Shown here in pieces: positions 50,300 to 64,000 of a stretch of DNA of 64,000 bases. The number at the start of each line of letters is the position of its first letter. Within the stretch, counting starts at the first letter, position 1. Under the pieces are notes generated by a model. That model made no database searches, was not told the DNA's origin, and was given only the letters and a program-made list of their open reading frames with translations. The stretch is taken from the NCBI GenBank assembly GCA_030390025.1, contig CM059432.1, positions 125,986,001-126,050,000 on the forward strand, read 5' to 3'. The position numbers and the translations under genes are program-made. This DNA is from Squalus acanthias. Lineage: Eukaryota.

Positions 50300-51670
50300 C
50301 CCGTCCAGGCCTCTGTGGCAGCAGTCTAAGCATCCACAGAGGAAGCACATGCTTCCCTTAGGGCCTTTGTTGCAGTGGCTTCTGCTGAAGATGTCCCTGG
50401 AGCTGCCACACACTCCAGAATGGATTACACTGTTGCAAAGCTAACCAGAATAGCAGTGCATTTGCAGATAGCGGACCCCTCCACGAGAGCCACCATCTGC
50501 AGCGCCCTGTCAGACATGGTCCCCAGTGCCTGCAGGTGAGAGATTGTACCTTTGGATTCTGCAATGGTGGGTGACATATTCTGACCCTCCAGTCAGCAAT
50601 GTCTTCTTCCTCATCTACCACAAGAAGGTGTTCTGCTCACTCATGATCTTTGTGTTACACCCCTCTGGCTCACTCTCTAATTCCCCCAGAGTAGATGTCA
50701 CTGGACTGGTGCTTGTGAGGGAGAGAGTGAGTGGCAGTGTGTACTCTGAATTGCTGGCAGGTTCAAATGCACTGAGGCCTGGCTCTGCCTCTTTCAGCAG
50801 ACTTACAGGAGGAAAAGAGGTTAGAGTAGGTTGTGAGAAGTGACATGAAAGTTTCACAATATGGTATACTGACGGATAATGTCGGTTGATATGCAACAGA
50901 AGCAGAAGTTCATGACGAAACTGTAGCTGGCACCTGCCTTTAATACTTCCCTGTTTTTGACCCATACTACCTCCTCTCTCCCCAGGATTTGGGGTTCTTC
51001 ATCGCATGGGATGAAAGATTGGAGATTTGGAGAGCGCCACCCGTCACAGGGTTCTGCCTTGTGTTTTGACCTGGAAAAGAAAGCAAAATGTGAGAATTAC
51101 CATGACATACAGTAAAACCCAGGTGTTAGCATGTAGCCCCTAATAGATGTGATGACAGATGCATGCACCAAGCTATTAGATTCCAATTTTTAGTAAAGTG
51201 ACTGTATGTAAGCTTGCGAGTGAAGGGACACTCCCAGGTGAAGACTGGGTGTGTAAAGAGCACCAAGCAGCCTCCTGGCCATGGATGGTAAGCAACTGAA
51301 GCACGTGGACAGTGAGAGGTTTGTAAGTGGCAGAGATGTTTAGTGCTGTGCTCTTTTGGGAAATATTGCTGGCTCCTCTTATCGTGCTTGACCTCAGAAG
51401 GTCATTAACCTTTTTACAGCCATTCATGAAGTCTTTGAGTTACCGTTGCTCCGGCTACCACCTTCCCACTGCCCCGAGCATCTCTCTCTGGGAGCCTGTG
51501 TTGCTCTGCATCGAACAGGGCCTCCTTCCGCTACTGCGTCGCAGAACCTGGGGGCTCTCTGCCCTCCTGCGGAACTCACAGACATTTTGTGGAGAGAAAC
51601 CTTTGTGCTCTTCTCAGTCCATTATGCTGGTTTTCTGCCCTTTAAGCTGCTGCAGGCTTTAAAATACTGG
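50300..51670 (-). mobile_element. Degenerate Harbinger relic (Myb-like exons and transposase N-terminal piece)
   Basis: PRFCD and KKVNDLLRS-like exon 1 near 51400-51560; S/T-rich exon-3-like piece near 50650-50810. Confidence 0.5.
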
Positions 51671-51694
51671 TGAACCCCCTGAAAACTACAACAG

Positions 51695-52418
51695 AGTCAT
51701 AGGATCAGAGAATGGTTACAGCACAGACAAAGGCCATTCTGCCCATCGAGCCTGTGCCGGCTCTCTGCAAGAGTACTTCAGGTAGTCCCACTCCCCCGCC
51801 CTTTCCCCGTAGCCCTGCAAATTTCTTTCCTTCAGATACTTATCCAACTCCCTTTTGAAAGCCATGATTGAGTCTGCCTCCACCACCCTTTCAGGCAGTG
51901 CATTCCAGATCATAACCACTCGCTGCGTAAAAAAGTTTTTCCTCATGTCGCATTTGGTTCTTTTGCCAATCACCTTAAATCTGTGTCCTCTGGTTCTCGA
52001 CTCTTCTGCCAATGGGAACAGTTTCCCTCTATCGACTCTGTCCAGACCCCTCATGATTTTGAACACCTCTATAAAATCTCCTCTCAATCTTCTCTGCACC
52101 AAGAAGAACAACCCCAGCTTCTCCAGTCTATCAGCGTAACTGAAGTCCCTCATTCCTGGAAGCATTCTCATTAATCTTTTCTGCACCCCCTCTAAGGTCT
52201 TCACATCCTTCCTAAAGTGTGGTTCCCAGAATTGGACACAGTACTCCGGTTGGGGCCGAACAAGTGTTTTATACAGGTTCATCATAATTTCCACACTTTT
52301 GTACTCTATACCTCTATTTATGAAGCCCAGGATCCCATAAACCTTTTTAATCGCTTTCTCAACCTGCCCTGCCACTTTCAATGATTTGTGCACATATACC
52401 CCCAGGTCTCTCTGTTCA
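51695..52418 (-). mobile_element. CR1 3' fragment
   Basis: ORF 51716-52459: EQRDLGVYVH, YKTLVRP.PEYCVQFW, FFTQRVV.IWNALP. Confidence 0.93.
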
Positions 52419-52519
52419 TGGGCAGGCGTGAATAGACTTCTGCTCAGGATTTTGCCCAAGTAGAAAATCTAGGCTATTGTATTTGGCTGTAATCCATTTA
52501 GTTAAACACTTTTTTAAGT

Positions 52520-53112
52520 TCCTCCAATGGCTCAGCTGATTAAATTGAGAGGTCGCACAACACCAGGTTATAGTCCAACAGTTTTATTTGAAATCACAAG
52601 CTTTCGGAGCTTGTGATTTCAAATAAAACTGTTGGACTATAACCTGGTGTTGTGCGACCTCTCAATTTTGTCCACCCCAGTCCAACACCGGCATCTCCGC
52701 ATCATGTCAGCTGATTAAGGCAGTGAGTCACTTTGCAATACAGGCTGGGTTTGCTCCTCGATCGATGCTAAGTTATCTGATTTCAGCTGGGCACCAGTAG
52801 GGGTGTTACAATTGGGCTCAACCACCCCCCCCCCCACCCCCACCCACTCCCCCCATCCCCCCGGGATAGGGAGGAGAAAAATCCAGCTGGTTTCCTGCTC
52901 GTGGCCGTTATCTAACAATTCCTGCAGCAAGTTCATGCATATCAGATAAGGAAAGGTTTGGGCTTGTCTGTGATGGGCCTCCCTGATAAAATAGCCTGAC
53001 AACACTTACTAGCCACTTTCGTGCATGAATAACAACCACACGGGCAAGGTACCAGAGAATGACTACATTCAGGAGTCAATACTTTCAGGAGGAGGATGAG
53101 GGCAAAGGAGAA
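52520..53112 (+). mobile_element. Old tRNA-derived SINE-like element (same family as 6645-7410), interrupted in its head
   Basis: TGGCTCAGCTG A-box-like head; body aligns to 6680-7410. Confidence 0.55.
52544..52706. mobile_element. Penelope-like terminal insertion forming a perfect 61-bp-arm palindrome
   Basis: Arms 52542-52602 and 52608-52668, loop TTCGG; 12-bp TSD TCAGCTGATTAA. Confidence 0.88.
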
Positions 53113-53116
53113 AATC

Positions 53117-53915
53117 AACAACAACAACTTGTATTTATTTATATAGCGCCTTTAACGTAGTAAAACATCCCAAGGCGTATCACAGGAGTATTAAAAGACA
53201 AAAAATTTGACACCGAGCCACATAAGGAGAAATTAGGGCAGGTGACCAAAAGCTTGGTCAAAGAGGTAGGTTTTAAGGAGCGTCTTAAAGGAGGAAAGAG
53301 AGGTAACGAGGCAGAGAGGTTTAGGCAGGGAATTCCAGAGCTTAGGGCCTAGGCAACAGAAGGCACGGCCACCAATGGTTGAGCGATTATAATCAAGGAT
53401 GCTCAAGAGGGCAGAATTAGAGGAGTGCACATATCTCGGGGGGTTGTGGGGCTGAAGGAAATTACAGAGTTAGGAAGGGGTGAGGCCATGGAGGGATTTG
53501 AAAACAAGGATGAGAATTTTGAAATCGAGGCGTTGCTTAACCGGGAGCCAATGTAGGTCAGCGAGCACAGGGGTGATGGGTGAATGGGATTTGGTGCGAG
53601 TTAGGACACGGGCAGCCGAGTTTTGGATGACCTCAAGTTTATGTAGGGTAGAATGTGGGAGGCCAGCCAGGAGTGCGTTGCAATAGTCAAGTCTAGAGGC
53701 AACAAAGGCATGGATGAGGGTTTCAGCAGTGGATGAGCTGAGGCAAGAGCGGAGACGAGTGATGTTACAGAGGTGGAAATAGGCGGTCTTAGTTATGCTG
53801 CGGATATATGGTCGGAAGCTCATTTCAGGGTCAAGTATGACACCAAGTTTGCGAACAGTGTGGTTCAGCCTCAGACAGATGTTAGGGAGAGGGATGGAGT
53901 CAGTGGCTAGGGAAC
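53117..53915 (-). mobile_element. L2 LINE 3' fragment
   Basis: LIHAFVASRLDYCNALLAG, QNSAARVLT, LHWLPVKQRLDFK, GGRAF..GPKLWNSLP; (TTG)n tail. Confidence 0.93.
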
Positions 53916-54439
53916 GGAAATTGGATAAAACTTTTTCCTTGTACCAGTCCTTTGAATATCTAATAAAAAAAACATATATCATGAAGGTCCTGACAGAGGG
54001 CTATGCCTGAAACATCAACAATCTTCCTTCCTTTACAGATACTGCCTTACTTGCTGAGTGCTTCCAGCATTTTCTGCTAAGATTTCCAGCATCTGCAGCA
54101 TTTTATTTTTTGTTTTACAGTAATAAAAAGCTCCTTGATGCTTTAGTCAGTAAGTAAATGTATGCCAGTGAAAAGGGAACTAAAAAAATAAGCACAGTGA
54201 GGAAGAACATATATTCTGATATAATCAAAGCTGTAGAAGTAATGAAAGAGATAACAATAACTGACTGACAATGGATGAAGTACCATTGAGGAACTGAACT
54301 GTATTAAACAGTAAATGCCAAAGCAATTTCATGTATGCAACACTATCAAACCAATGCACAAATCTAAACCTAAACAGAATCCTGAGGGGCAATTTCAGCC
54401 CACCCTGCCCCGCAGGAACAGGGTGGGTTAGAGAGATAG

Positions 54440-54680
54440 GTCATTCAGGGGTGATGTCAGGAAGCACTTCTTCACATAAGGGTAGTGAAAATTTGGAACT
54501 CTCCAAAAAAGCTAGTGAGGCTAGGTCAATTGAAAATTTCCAAAACTGAGATTGATAGATTTTTGTTAGGCAAGGATATTAAAGGTTACGGAACCAAGGC
54601 GGGTAGATGGATTTAAGATACAGATCAGCCATGATCTAATTGAATTGCGGAACAGGCTCGAGGTGCTGAATGGCCTCCTC
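54440..54680 (+). mobile_element. CR1 3' tail fragment
   Basis: TTCTTCACATAAGGGTAGTG...GATCAGCCATGATC...GAATGGCCT. Confidence 0.75.
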
Positions 54681-54862
54681 CGCACAGATAAAATCACCCG
54701 GTAAACAAACCACCCTGTTCCTGCTCCATTCCCACCTGCTGTTGCCTTAATTGTGCCCTTTTTTTATCCTCACACAATAAGAAGTCCTAGCTTTCTCAGT
54801 CTCTCTTTACAATTCACTGCTTTAAGACCATATGACATCCTTGGCCAAAAAGAAAATACTGT

Positions 54863-57050
54863 GGATTCATTAGAGCAGTGTAGTAGGGCGAGAACAGAGA
54901 GGTCAGAGTGGTAGTGAGACGGAGAGTTAAAATGGCAAGCGTCTAAAAGCTCAGGGTCACACTTGCGGACTGAACGGAGTTGTTCCGTAAAGCAATCACC
55001 CAATCTGCGTTTGGTCTCCCCAATGTAGAGGAGATCACATCGTGAGCAGTGAATACAGTATACTAAATTGCAGGAAGTACAAGTAAATCGCTGTTTCACC
55101 TGGAAGGAGTGTTTGGGGCCCTGGACGGTGGTAAAGGGAAGAGGTTAAAGGGCAGGTGTTGCATCTCCTGCGCTTGCAAGGGAAGGTGCCGTGGGAAGGG
55201 GGGGGGGTGTTGGGGGTGATTGAAGAATGGACCAGGGTGTCATGGAGGGAATGCTCCCTTCAGAATGCTGAAAGGGGAGGGGAGAGGATAATGTGTTTGG
55301 TGGAGGCATCACGCTGGAAGTGCCAGAGGCTGGTGGGGTGGAAAATAAGGACAAAGGGAACCCTATCGTGGTTCTGGGAGGGAGGCGAAGGGGAGAGAGC
55401 AGAAGTGCGGGAAATGGGATTGACACAGTCAAGGGCCCCGTCGGCACAGTGGAGAGGAATCCTCAGTTGAGGAAAAAGGAAGTCACGTCAGAAGCACTGG
55501 TATGGAAGGTGGCATCATCAGAACAGATGTGATAGAGACGGAGAAACTGGGAGAATGGAATAGAGTCCTTACAGGAAGCGGGGTGGGAGGAAATGTAATC
55601 AAGGTAGCTGTGGGAGTCAGTGGGCTTACAGTAAATATTGGTCGACAGCCTAGCCCCAGAAATGGAGGTAGAGAAGTCGAGGAAGGGAAGGGAAGAGTCA
55701 GAGATGGACCATGTGAGGGCGAGGGAAGGGTGGAAATTGGAAGCAAAGTTGAAATTTTCGAGTTCAGGGCGAGAGCAGGAAGTGGCACCAATACAGTCAT
55801 CAATGTATCGGAAAAAGAGATGAGGGAGGGGACCTGAGTTGGACTGGAACAAAGAATGTTCCACATATCCCACAAAAAGGCAGGCATGGCTAGGGCCCAT
55901 ACGGGTTCCCATAACAACACCTTTTATTTGGAGGAAGTGAGTGGAGTCAAAGAGAAGTTGTTCAAAGTAAGAACAAGTTCATCCAGGCGGAGGAGATTGG
56001 TGGTGGATGGGGACTGGTTGGGCCTCCGTTCAAGGAAGAAGTGGAGAGCCCTCAGGCCGTCCTGGTGGGGGATGTAGGTGTAAAGGGATTGGACGCCCAT
56101 GGTGAAAAGGAGATGGTTAGGGCCAGGAAACTGGAAACTGTTAAAGTGGTAGAGGGCGTCGGAAGAGTCGCAGATGTAGGCGGGAAGAGACTGGACAAGA
56201 GGAGAAAAAATAAAACCAAGATATGAAGAAATCATTTCCGTGTAACAGGAACAGGAGCAGGCTGAAACAATGGGTCTACCAGGGCAGTCCTGTTTGTGGA
56301 TCCTGGGCAGGAGGTAGAAGTGGGTGGTGGGGGGTTGGGGGACAATGAGGTTGGAGGCCATGAAGGGAAGTTCTCCAGAGGAGATGAGGTCAGTGACAGT
56401 CTGGGAAACGATGGCTTGGTGTTGGGTGGTGGGGTCATGGTCCGGGGGAGGTGGGAGGAGGTGTCGGAGAGTTGACTTTCAGCCTCCGCAAGACAGAAGT
56501 CAGTTCGCCAAACAACAACAGCGCCACCCTTGTCAGCAGGTTTAATGACAATATTAGGGTTGGACCTGAGAGGACAGAGTGCTGCAAGTTCAGAGGGAGG
56601 TAGGTCAGAGTGAGTGAGCAGAGCAGAGAAATTGAGACGGCCGATGTTACATCGGCAGTTCCCAATGAAAAGATCTAGAGAGGGTAAGAGACCAGAGAGA
56701 GAGGTCCCGGTGGAACGAGAATTCTGAAGAAGGCTGTGCGGGGGAAGACACCTGGCCAAAGAAGTGGGCACGGAAGCGAAGGCGACGGAAGAGGAGCTCA
56801 GCATTGTGCTGAACTCGAAAATCATTGACATGGGGGCGCAAGGGGATGAAGCTGAGGCCTTTGCTGAGGACTGATCATTTGGGGTCAGAGAAGGGAAGGT
56901 CAGAAGGGATAGTGAAAACATGGCAAAGGGTGAGATTGGAAGGAGGGAAGGGGCTCAGAGGAAAGTGAAGGGGAAGAAGGATCCAGAGGGGCCTTGGTAT
57001 CCAAGAGTTGTTGAAGCTTGCGATCCTTGACTCCTGAAAGGAAAAGGAAA
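54863..57050 (-). mobile_element. Penelope-like element (RT + GIY-YIG endonuclease), frameshifted
   Basis: IKPADKGGAVVVW, FYLLPRIHK...PGRPIVS, MGTRMGP, FFRYIDD and NLVYCIHCSRCDLLYIGETKRRL. Confidence 0.93.
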
Positions 57051-57275
57051 ATTTTGTTACTCCTTGTCACCGTCTTTGAATCTTTACCCTCAATATTAAA
57101 CCCCCCACATTGGACGGGAGAGGTTCGGGGGGTGGGGGTGGTTAAAATGTGAAATCCGTGTAACCCAACCCAACCCAGCCATGCACGCGCCTGCCACCAT
57201 TTTTGCAGAGGCGGTCATCAGGGCATCCGAGCGTCCCGCCGTGGAGAGGCGGCACACTTAGTAACATATTTAAAT

Positions 57276-57556
57276 CAACAACAACAACTTGTATTTATAT
57301 AGCACCTTTAACATAGTAAAATGTCCCAAGGCACTTCACAGGAGCGTTGTAAAATAAAACTTGACACCGAGCCACATACTAGGGCAGATGACCAAAAGCA
57401 TGATCAAAGAGGTAGGTTTTAAGGAGGGTCTTAAAGGAGGAAAGAGAGGTAGAGAGGTGGAGAGGTTTACGGAGGGAATTCCAGAGCTTAGGGCCTTGGC
57501 AGCTGAGGGCACAGCCGCCAATGGTGGAGCGATTAAAATCGGGGATGTTCAAGAGG
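57276..57556 (-). mobile_element. L2 3' end
   Basis: Homologous to 53117-53400. Confidence 0.85.
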
Positions 57557-57677
57557 TGGGACTATGTCATGGCCGGTAACACTTTTATACAATCCACAAA
57601 CTTTAGTCATGTATGAGCACAATGAAGTTCATAAAAGCCATGAGTAAAGGATAGAACTCATTTTGGATGCTCATAAT

Positions 57678-58431
57678 GGGTCAGAAATTCGGCTCTCCGG
57701 CTTCCCACGGGTGCAAGGATCGCGCACGTACTTACCTACCGCGCCTGCCGTTGTGCTTTGGGCCCACGTGGACTTCGGGTCCTGGGCCTCCTGCAGCTGC
57801 CGGCGCGCAGTGCTTGCGTATCCCAGGGGCACAGTTAGTTCAAAGCGTCCCCTGGGATCACGTGGGCCATGGAGAGCCAATCGGAGCAGGGAATCTTCAT
57901 TCATAGATTTTGACAGGAAGACCTGTCAAATCTATGAATAGAGATCGGCCCCAAAACCTCACTAAAACTTCAAATAAATTTTTTAAAAACATCATATTTT
58001 TAAAATAACTATAAATTACATAAATTAACTACTTCAAACAAAAATTTAAATTTTTGAAAAAATTAATTACACTTTTTAACAGTGCTAAAAATAAACTTAC
58101 CTTTCTTTAAAGTATGTAAAAAAGATAAACCTGTTGAAAAAATGTTTAAATTGTAATTAATTCACCACTTACCTTGTTAAAAGCAGGCCTTTTTCCCGCG
58201 CAGCTTCTCCGTACTTACCCTCACTCCAAAACCTGTAAAAAAAACGGAAGTTCGCTGCGTGCGCGCTGCCTCTCCGGCGTACACGGTTGACCCTCGAACC
58301 CCTTCTTTCACGAGACCGGAAGTTCCGGTTTCCCGTGCATGCGCAGTGCATGCATGAAACCAGCACTTCCGGTGGCCCTACGGGTGAGTACCCAGCGCGT
58401 ACTCACGCGTGGAGACCCGAATTTCTGCCCC
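57678..58431 (-). mobile_element. Harbinger-type MITE (754 bp), hairpin family
   Basis: 21-bp TIRs GGGTCAGAAATTCGGCTCTCC / GGAGACCCGAATTTCTGCCCC; TSD AAT; stem at 57899-57939. Confidence 0.88.
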
Positions 58432-58802
58432 AATATATTTCTGTTGCCTGTACTAATTAGGAGGTGACCTTTAAAAGTATGCAAAATATTTGTGGCATGC
58501 TGTCTCCTGTATAATTTGACCATCAGTCTGGACATGCCAGAGCAAAAGAATGTGTATGTTCAACATGTTGAGTTAGACCAGCCTGAACGAATGAAGGTAA
58601 CATTCTTGCAGTGGCAAGAGAATAAAGGCAATCACAATACAGGCATATTTTGGCTAATGTCACTTAAATTTAATTAATGGGAATCTTTCCTGAAAAAAAT
58701 ATTTGATCTTGTTCTTCAAAATCAGCCCTAATGTTGAGTAATAAATGCCACCAATATAGCTTTGGGACAACCTCACATAATGGTTTTTCCTTTGTGTAAC
58801 AG

Positions 58803-59106
58803 GTCAGTTGTGGCTCAGTGGGTAGCACCCTCGCCTCTGAATCAGACGGTTGTGGGTTCAAGTCCCACTCCAGAGACTTCAACACGTAATCTAGGCTGAC
58901 ACTCCAGTGTAGTGCTGAGGGAGTGCTGCACTGTCAGTGATGTCTTTTGGATTGAGACATTAAACCGAGGCCCTATTTGTTCTCTCAGGTGGACGTAAAA
59001 GATCCCATGGCACTATTTTGAAGAAGAGCAGGGGAGTTCTCCCCGGTATTCAACATCACTAAAACAGATTATCTGGTCATTATCACATTGCTGTTTGTGG
59101 GAGCTT
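58803..59106 (+). mobile_element. SacSINE1-like, 5' part
   Basis: Head and core match 26671-27000. Confidence 0.88.
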
Positions 59107-59197
59107 AATGAAACCTGGTGATCAAGAGGAAGAGGACCCAAAATGGTAAGTCTGAAATTATTTGTATGGCCAGGAGGAGCAGGAGTACACTGAGCTC

Positions 59198-59361
59198 CAA
59201 TGTTCCCAATAAGCTGTGCGGTTACGCAGCAGTCTGGAGGTCCTGCGCAGGTCACTCACCGGATTTTATTTGGAAGAAACCGCGCATTCGCGAAGATTTG
59301 AATGGGTCGCGCAGCCAGTTAAAGGGACCGTGCACGAAAAAATAAATGAGAGGGAACTGTG
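59198..59361 (+). mobile_element. hAT-type MITE (164 bp)
   Basis: CAATGTTCCC...GAGGGAACTGTG; TSD CTGAGCTC / CTGGGCTC. Confidence 0.82.
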
Positions 59362-59837
59362 CTGGGCTCCCCCATGCAGTTACCCCGGCCCCCAGACCAA
59401 CCTTTCTGCCAGCCAGGTCAATATTGCAGCAGCTTAAAGCTGGCGAGCTGCAGCAGGGCATCCGTTGAGGGCATGCAACTCGCTGATGGCATGTTAATGA
59501 GGCCTGGCTAGAGAGATCGGGCAGCCAGCCCATGCTCTCTGCCAGCCAGATGTCTGCTAGTTAAAATCTACCCCCATGTGTCACAAGGGATGACATGGTT
59601 GGTGAAGGAAGCTGACACATTAACTTCCACAGAGGGTGACTGTGAACTGGGGTGGATAAGTGGTAGACTCCTACTGACTAATACCCTAACAATCCTTGTA
59701 GCTCACTGGAAGGAACACTGACTTCTGTTCCCAATTTGTTGAATGCATGGCTTGGAGCTCCGATTGCCGACACGATGCTGACCAGAGAGCCCTTGTTCTA
59801 TCTAGGGTGGTCCAAATATTTCTTACTTATTATTAGT

Positions 59838-60225
59838 GTCAGTGGTAGCACTCTTGGTTCAAGCCTCATTCCAGGGACAAGCACATGATCTATGTTGACA
59901 TTTAAGTGCAGTACTGAGGGAGTGTTGCACTGTTGGAAGTGTCATCCTTCAGGGGAGATGTTAAACTTCCTCAGTTGGATGTTCAGGTGGATGTAAAAGA
60001 TCCCATGACAATATTAAAAGAGAAAGGGAGTTCCCCCGGTGTCCTGGCCAACACTTATCCCTCAATCAAAATCACTAAAACGGAATATCTGGTCATTAAT
60101 ATCATTGATGTTTGTGGGACCTTTCTGCGTGCAAATTGGCTGCTGTGTTTCCTTACATTACAAAAGTCATTACCCTTCAAAGTATTTAATTGGCTGGGAT
60201 GATCCAAGATTGTAAAAGGCATCAT
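59838..60225 (+). mobile_element. SacSINE1-like, diverged
   Basis: Colinear with the family sequence. Confidence 0.78.
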
Positions 60226-60267
60226 GTAACCTTTTTTATTGCTTATTTTGAACAACATATTTTATTT

Positions 60268-61857
60268 CTTCCCTTCTTGGCCCCCATGTTACCTGATATT
60301 ACAAATGGTTCCATATCCTCAGGTACTATTCCCCTCTGTTTTAAAACTGTCGTCATCAATCACCTCATCAAAAAACCCTTGATCCTTCTGTCCTGGCAAA
60401 GGACCATCACATCTCCAACCTCCCTTTCCTCTCCAAAGTCCTTGAACGTGTTGTCACTGCCCAAATCTGTGCCCATCTTTCCTGCAACTCCATGTTTGAA
60501 TCTTTCCTATCAGAGTTTTGCCCCAGCCACAGCAATGAAATGGCCCCAATCAAAGTTACAAATGATATCCTCTGTAACTGTGGTACACTAACCCTCCTCA
60601 TCCTGCTTGACCGCTCTGCAAACTTTGACATGGTCGACCACATCATCTTCCTTCAATGCCTGTCTTCCATTCTCCAGCTCAGTGGGACTGCCCTCGCTTA
60701 GTTCCATTCTTAACTCAGCAATCATAGCCAAAGCATCACCAGGAATGGCTTCCCTTCACACCCCCGCACTGTTACCTCTGGAGTTCCCCAAGGATGTATT
60801 GTTGGCCCTCTCCTCTCCTCTATCTACCTGCTGCCCCTTAGCGACATTATTTAAAGACATGGGGTTAGCTTCCACATGTACTCTGACGACACCCAGCCCT
60901 ACCTCTCTCTACCCCTCCACTACCTTTTTTTTTATTCATTCATGGGATGTGGGTGTCACTGGCAAGGCCAGCATTTATTGCCCATCCCTAATTGCTCTTG
61001 AGAAGGTGGTGGGGAGGTAGTTGTCAGACTGCTTCTCCGACATCCAGTCTTGGATGAGTCATACTTTCCTCCAGTCAAACATTGGGAAGATCGAAGCTAT
61101 CGTTTTTGGCTCCCACCGCAAACTCCGCACTTTTACCACCGATTCTATCCACATCCCCGGCCACTGCTTCAGGTTGAACCAGTCTGTTCACAAACTCGAC
61201 ATCCTATTCAGCCCCAACCTCAGTTTACAACCCCAAATCCTCTCCATCTCAAAGACTGCCTACTTCCACCTCTGATACATTGCCCAGCTGTCTCCGAAAC
61301 CCTTATCCATGCCGTCGTCAATTCCAAACTTGATTATTCCAATGTTCTCCTGGCCGGTCTCCCATCTTCCACCCTCCATAAACTTCAGCTTATTCAAAGC
61401 TCTGCTGCCCGTATCTATGCTGCACCAAGTCCCACTACCCATCGCCAATGTTCCCTCCTATTTTTTTCGGTGCGTGGGCCCTTTAACTGGCTGCACAGCC
61501 CATTCAAATGTCCGTGCACGCACGATTTTTCCCATACAAAAGCCGGTGAATGGCCTGCGCGGGACCTGAAGATCACTGTGCGGCCATGTGGCCATGCACC
61601 TTAACAGGAACACTGCCCATTACCCTTGCCCTTTGCTGACCTACATTGGCTCCTGGTCCCCCAACACTTCCAATTTCAAATTCTCATCCTCATGTTTAAA
61701 TCCCTTCATGGCCTTGTCCCTCTCTATCCCTGTAATCTCCTCCAGCCCTATAACGACCGCCCAGAACTCTGCATTGCTCCAAATCTGCCCTCTTGTACAT
61801 TCCACATTCATTGCCCCCCACCCCATCATTAGCAGCCGTGCCTTCAGAACTCCAGGC
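60268..61857 (+). mobile_element. L2 LINE RT region, degenerate, with small inserts
   Basis: LLILLDRSANFDMVDH, GVPQG..GP, KLDYSNVLLAGLP, LHWLLVP. Confidence 0.88.
61446..61615 (-). mobile_element. hAT-type MITE (170 bp)
   Basis: CAATGTTCCCTC...AGGAACACTG; TSD CCCATCGC / CCCATTAC. Confidence 0.8.

Positions 61858-64000
<2,143 letters not shown>

Overview
Vertebrate genomic DNA, almost certainly from a cartilaginous fish (shark): it carries HE1-type V-SINEs and many SacSINE1-type DeuSINEs. Most of the window is transposon-derived: CR1 and L2 LINE fragments, Penelope-like elements, many PIF/Harbinger elements (HARBI1-type transposase relics, multi-exon Myb/SANT genes, and MITEs with 3-bp TSDs), hAT relics and a small hAT MITE family with 8-bp TSDs. 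A multi-layer nested insertion occupies 15.6-25.9 kb and a 26-bp G-rich minisatellite lies at 39.3-41.1 kb. No host gene could be named, but a well-formed 203-bp minus-strand exon (3803-4005) and several possible microexons suggest the window is largely intronic. The most unusual segment is 45.4-48.6 kb: an internally deleted LTR-element relic with one LTR and two tandem paralogous envelope-like C-termini (heptad repeat, W-rich segment, TM helix) resembling class I F-type fusion proteins. Family names come from recall of consensus motifs, not database searches. Ends of degenerate elements are approximate.
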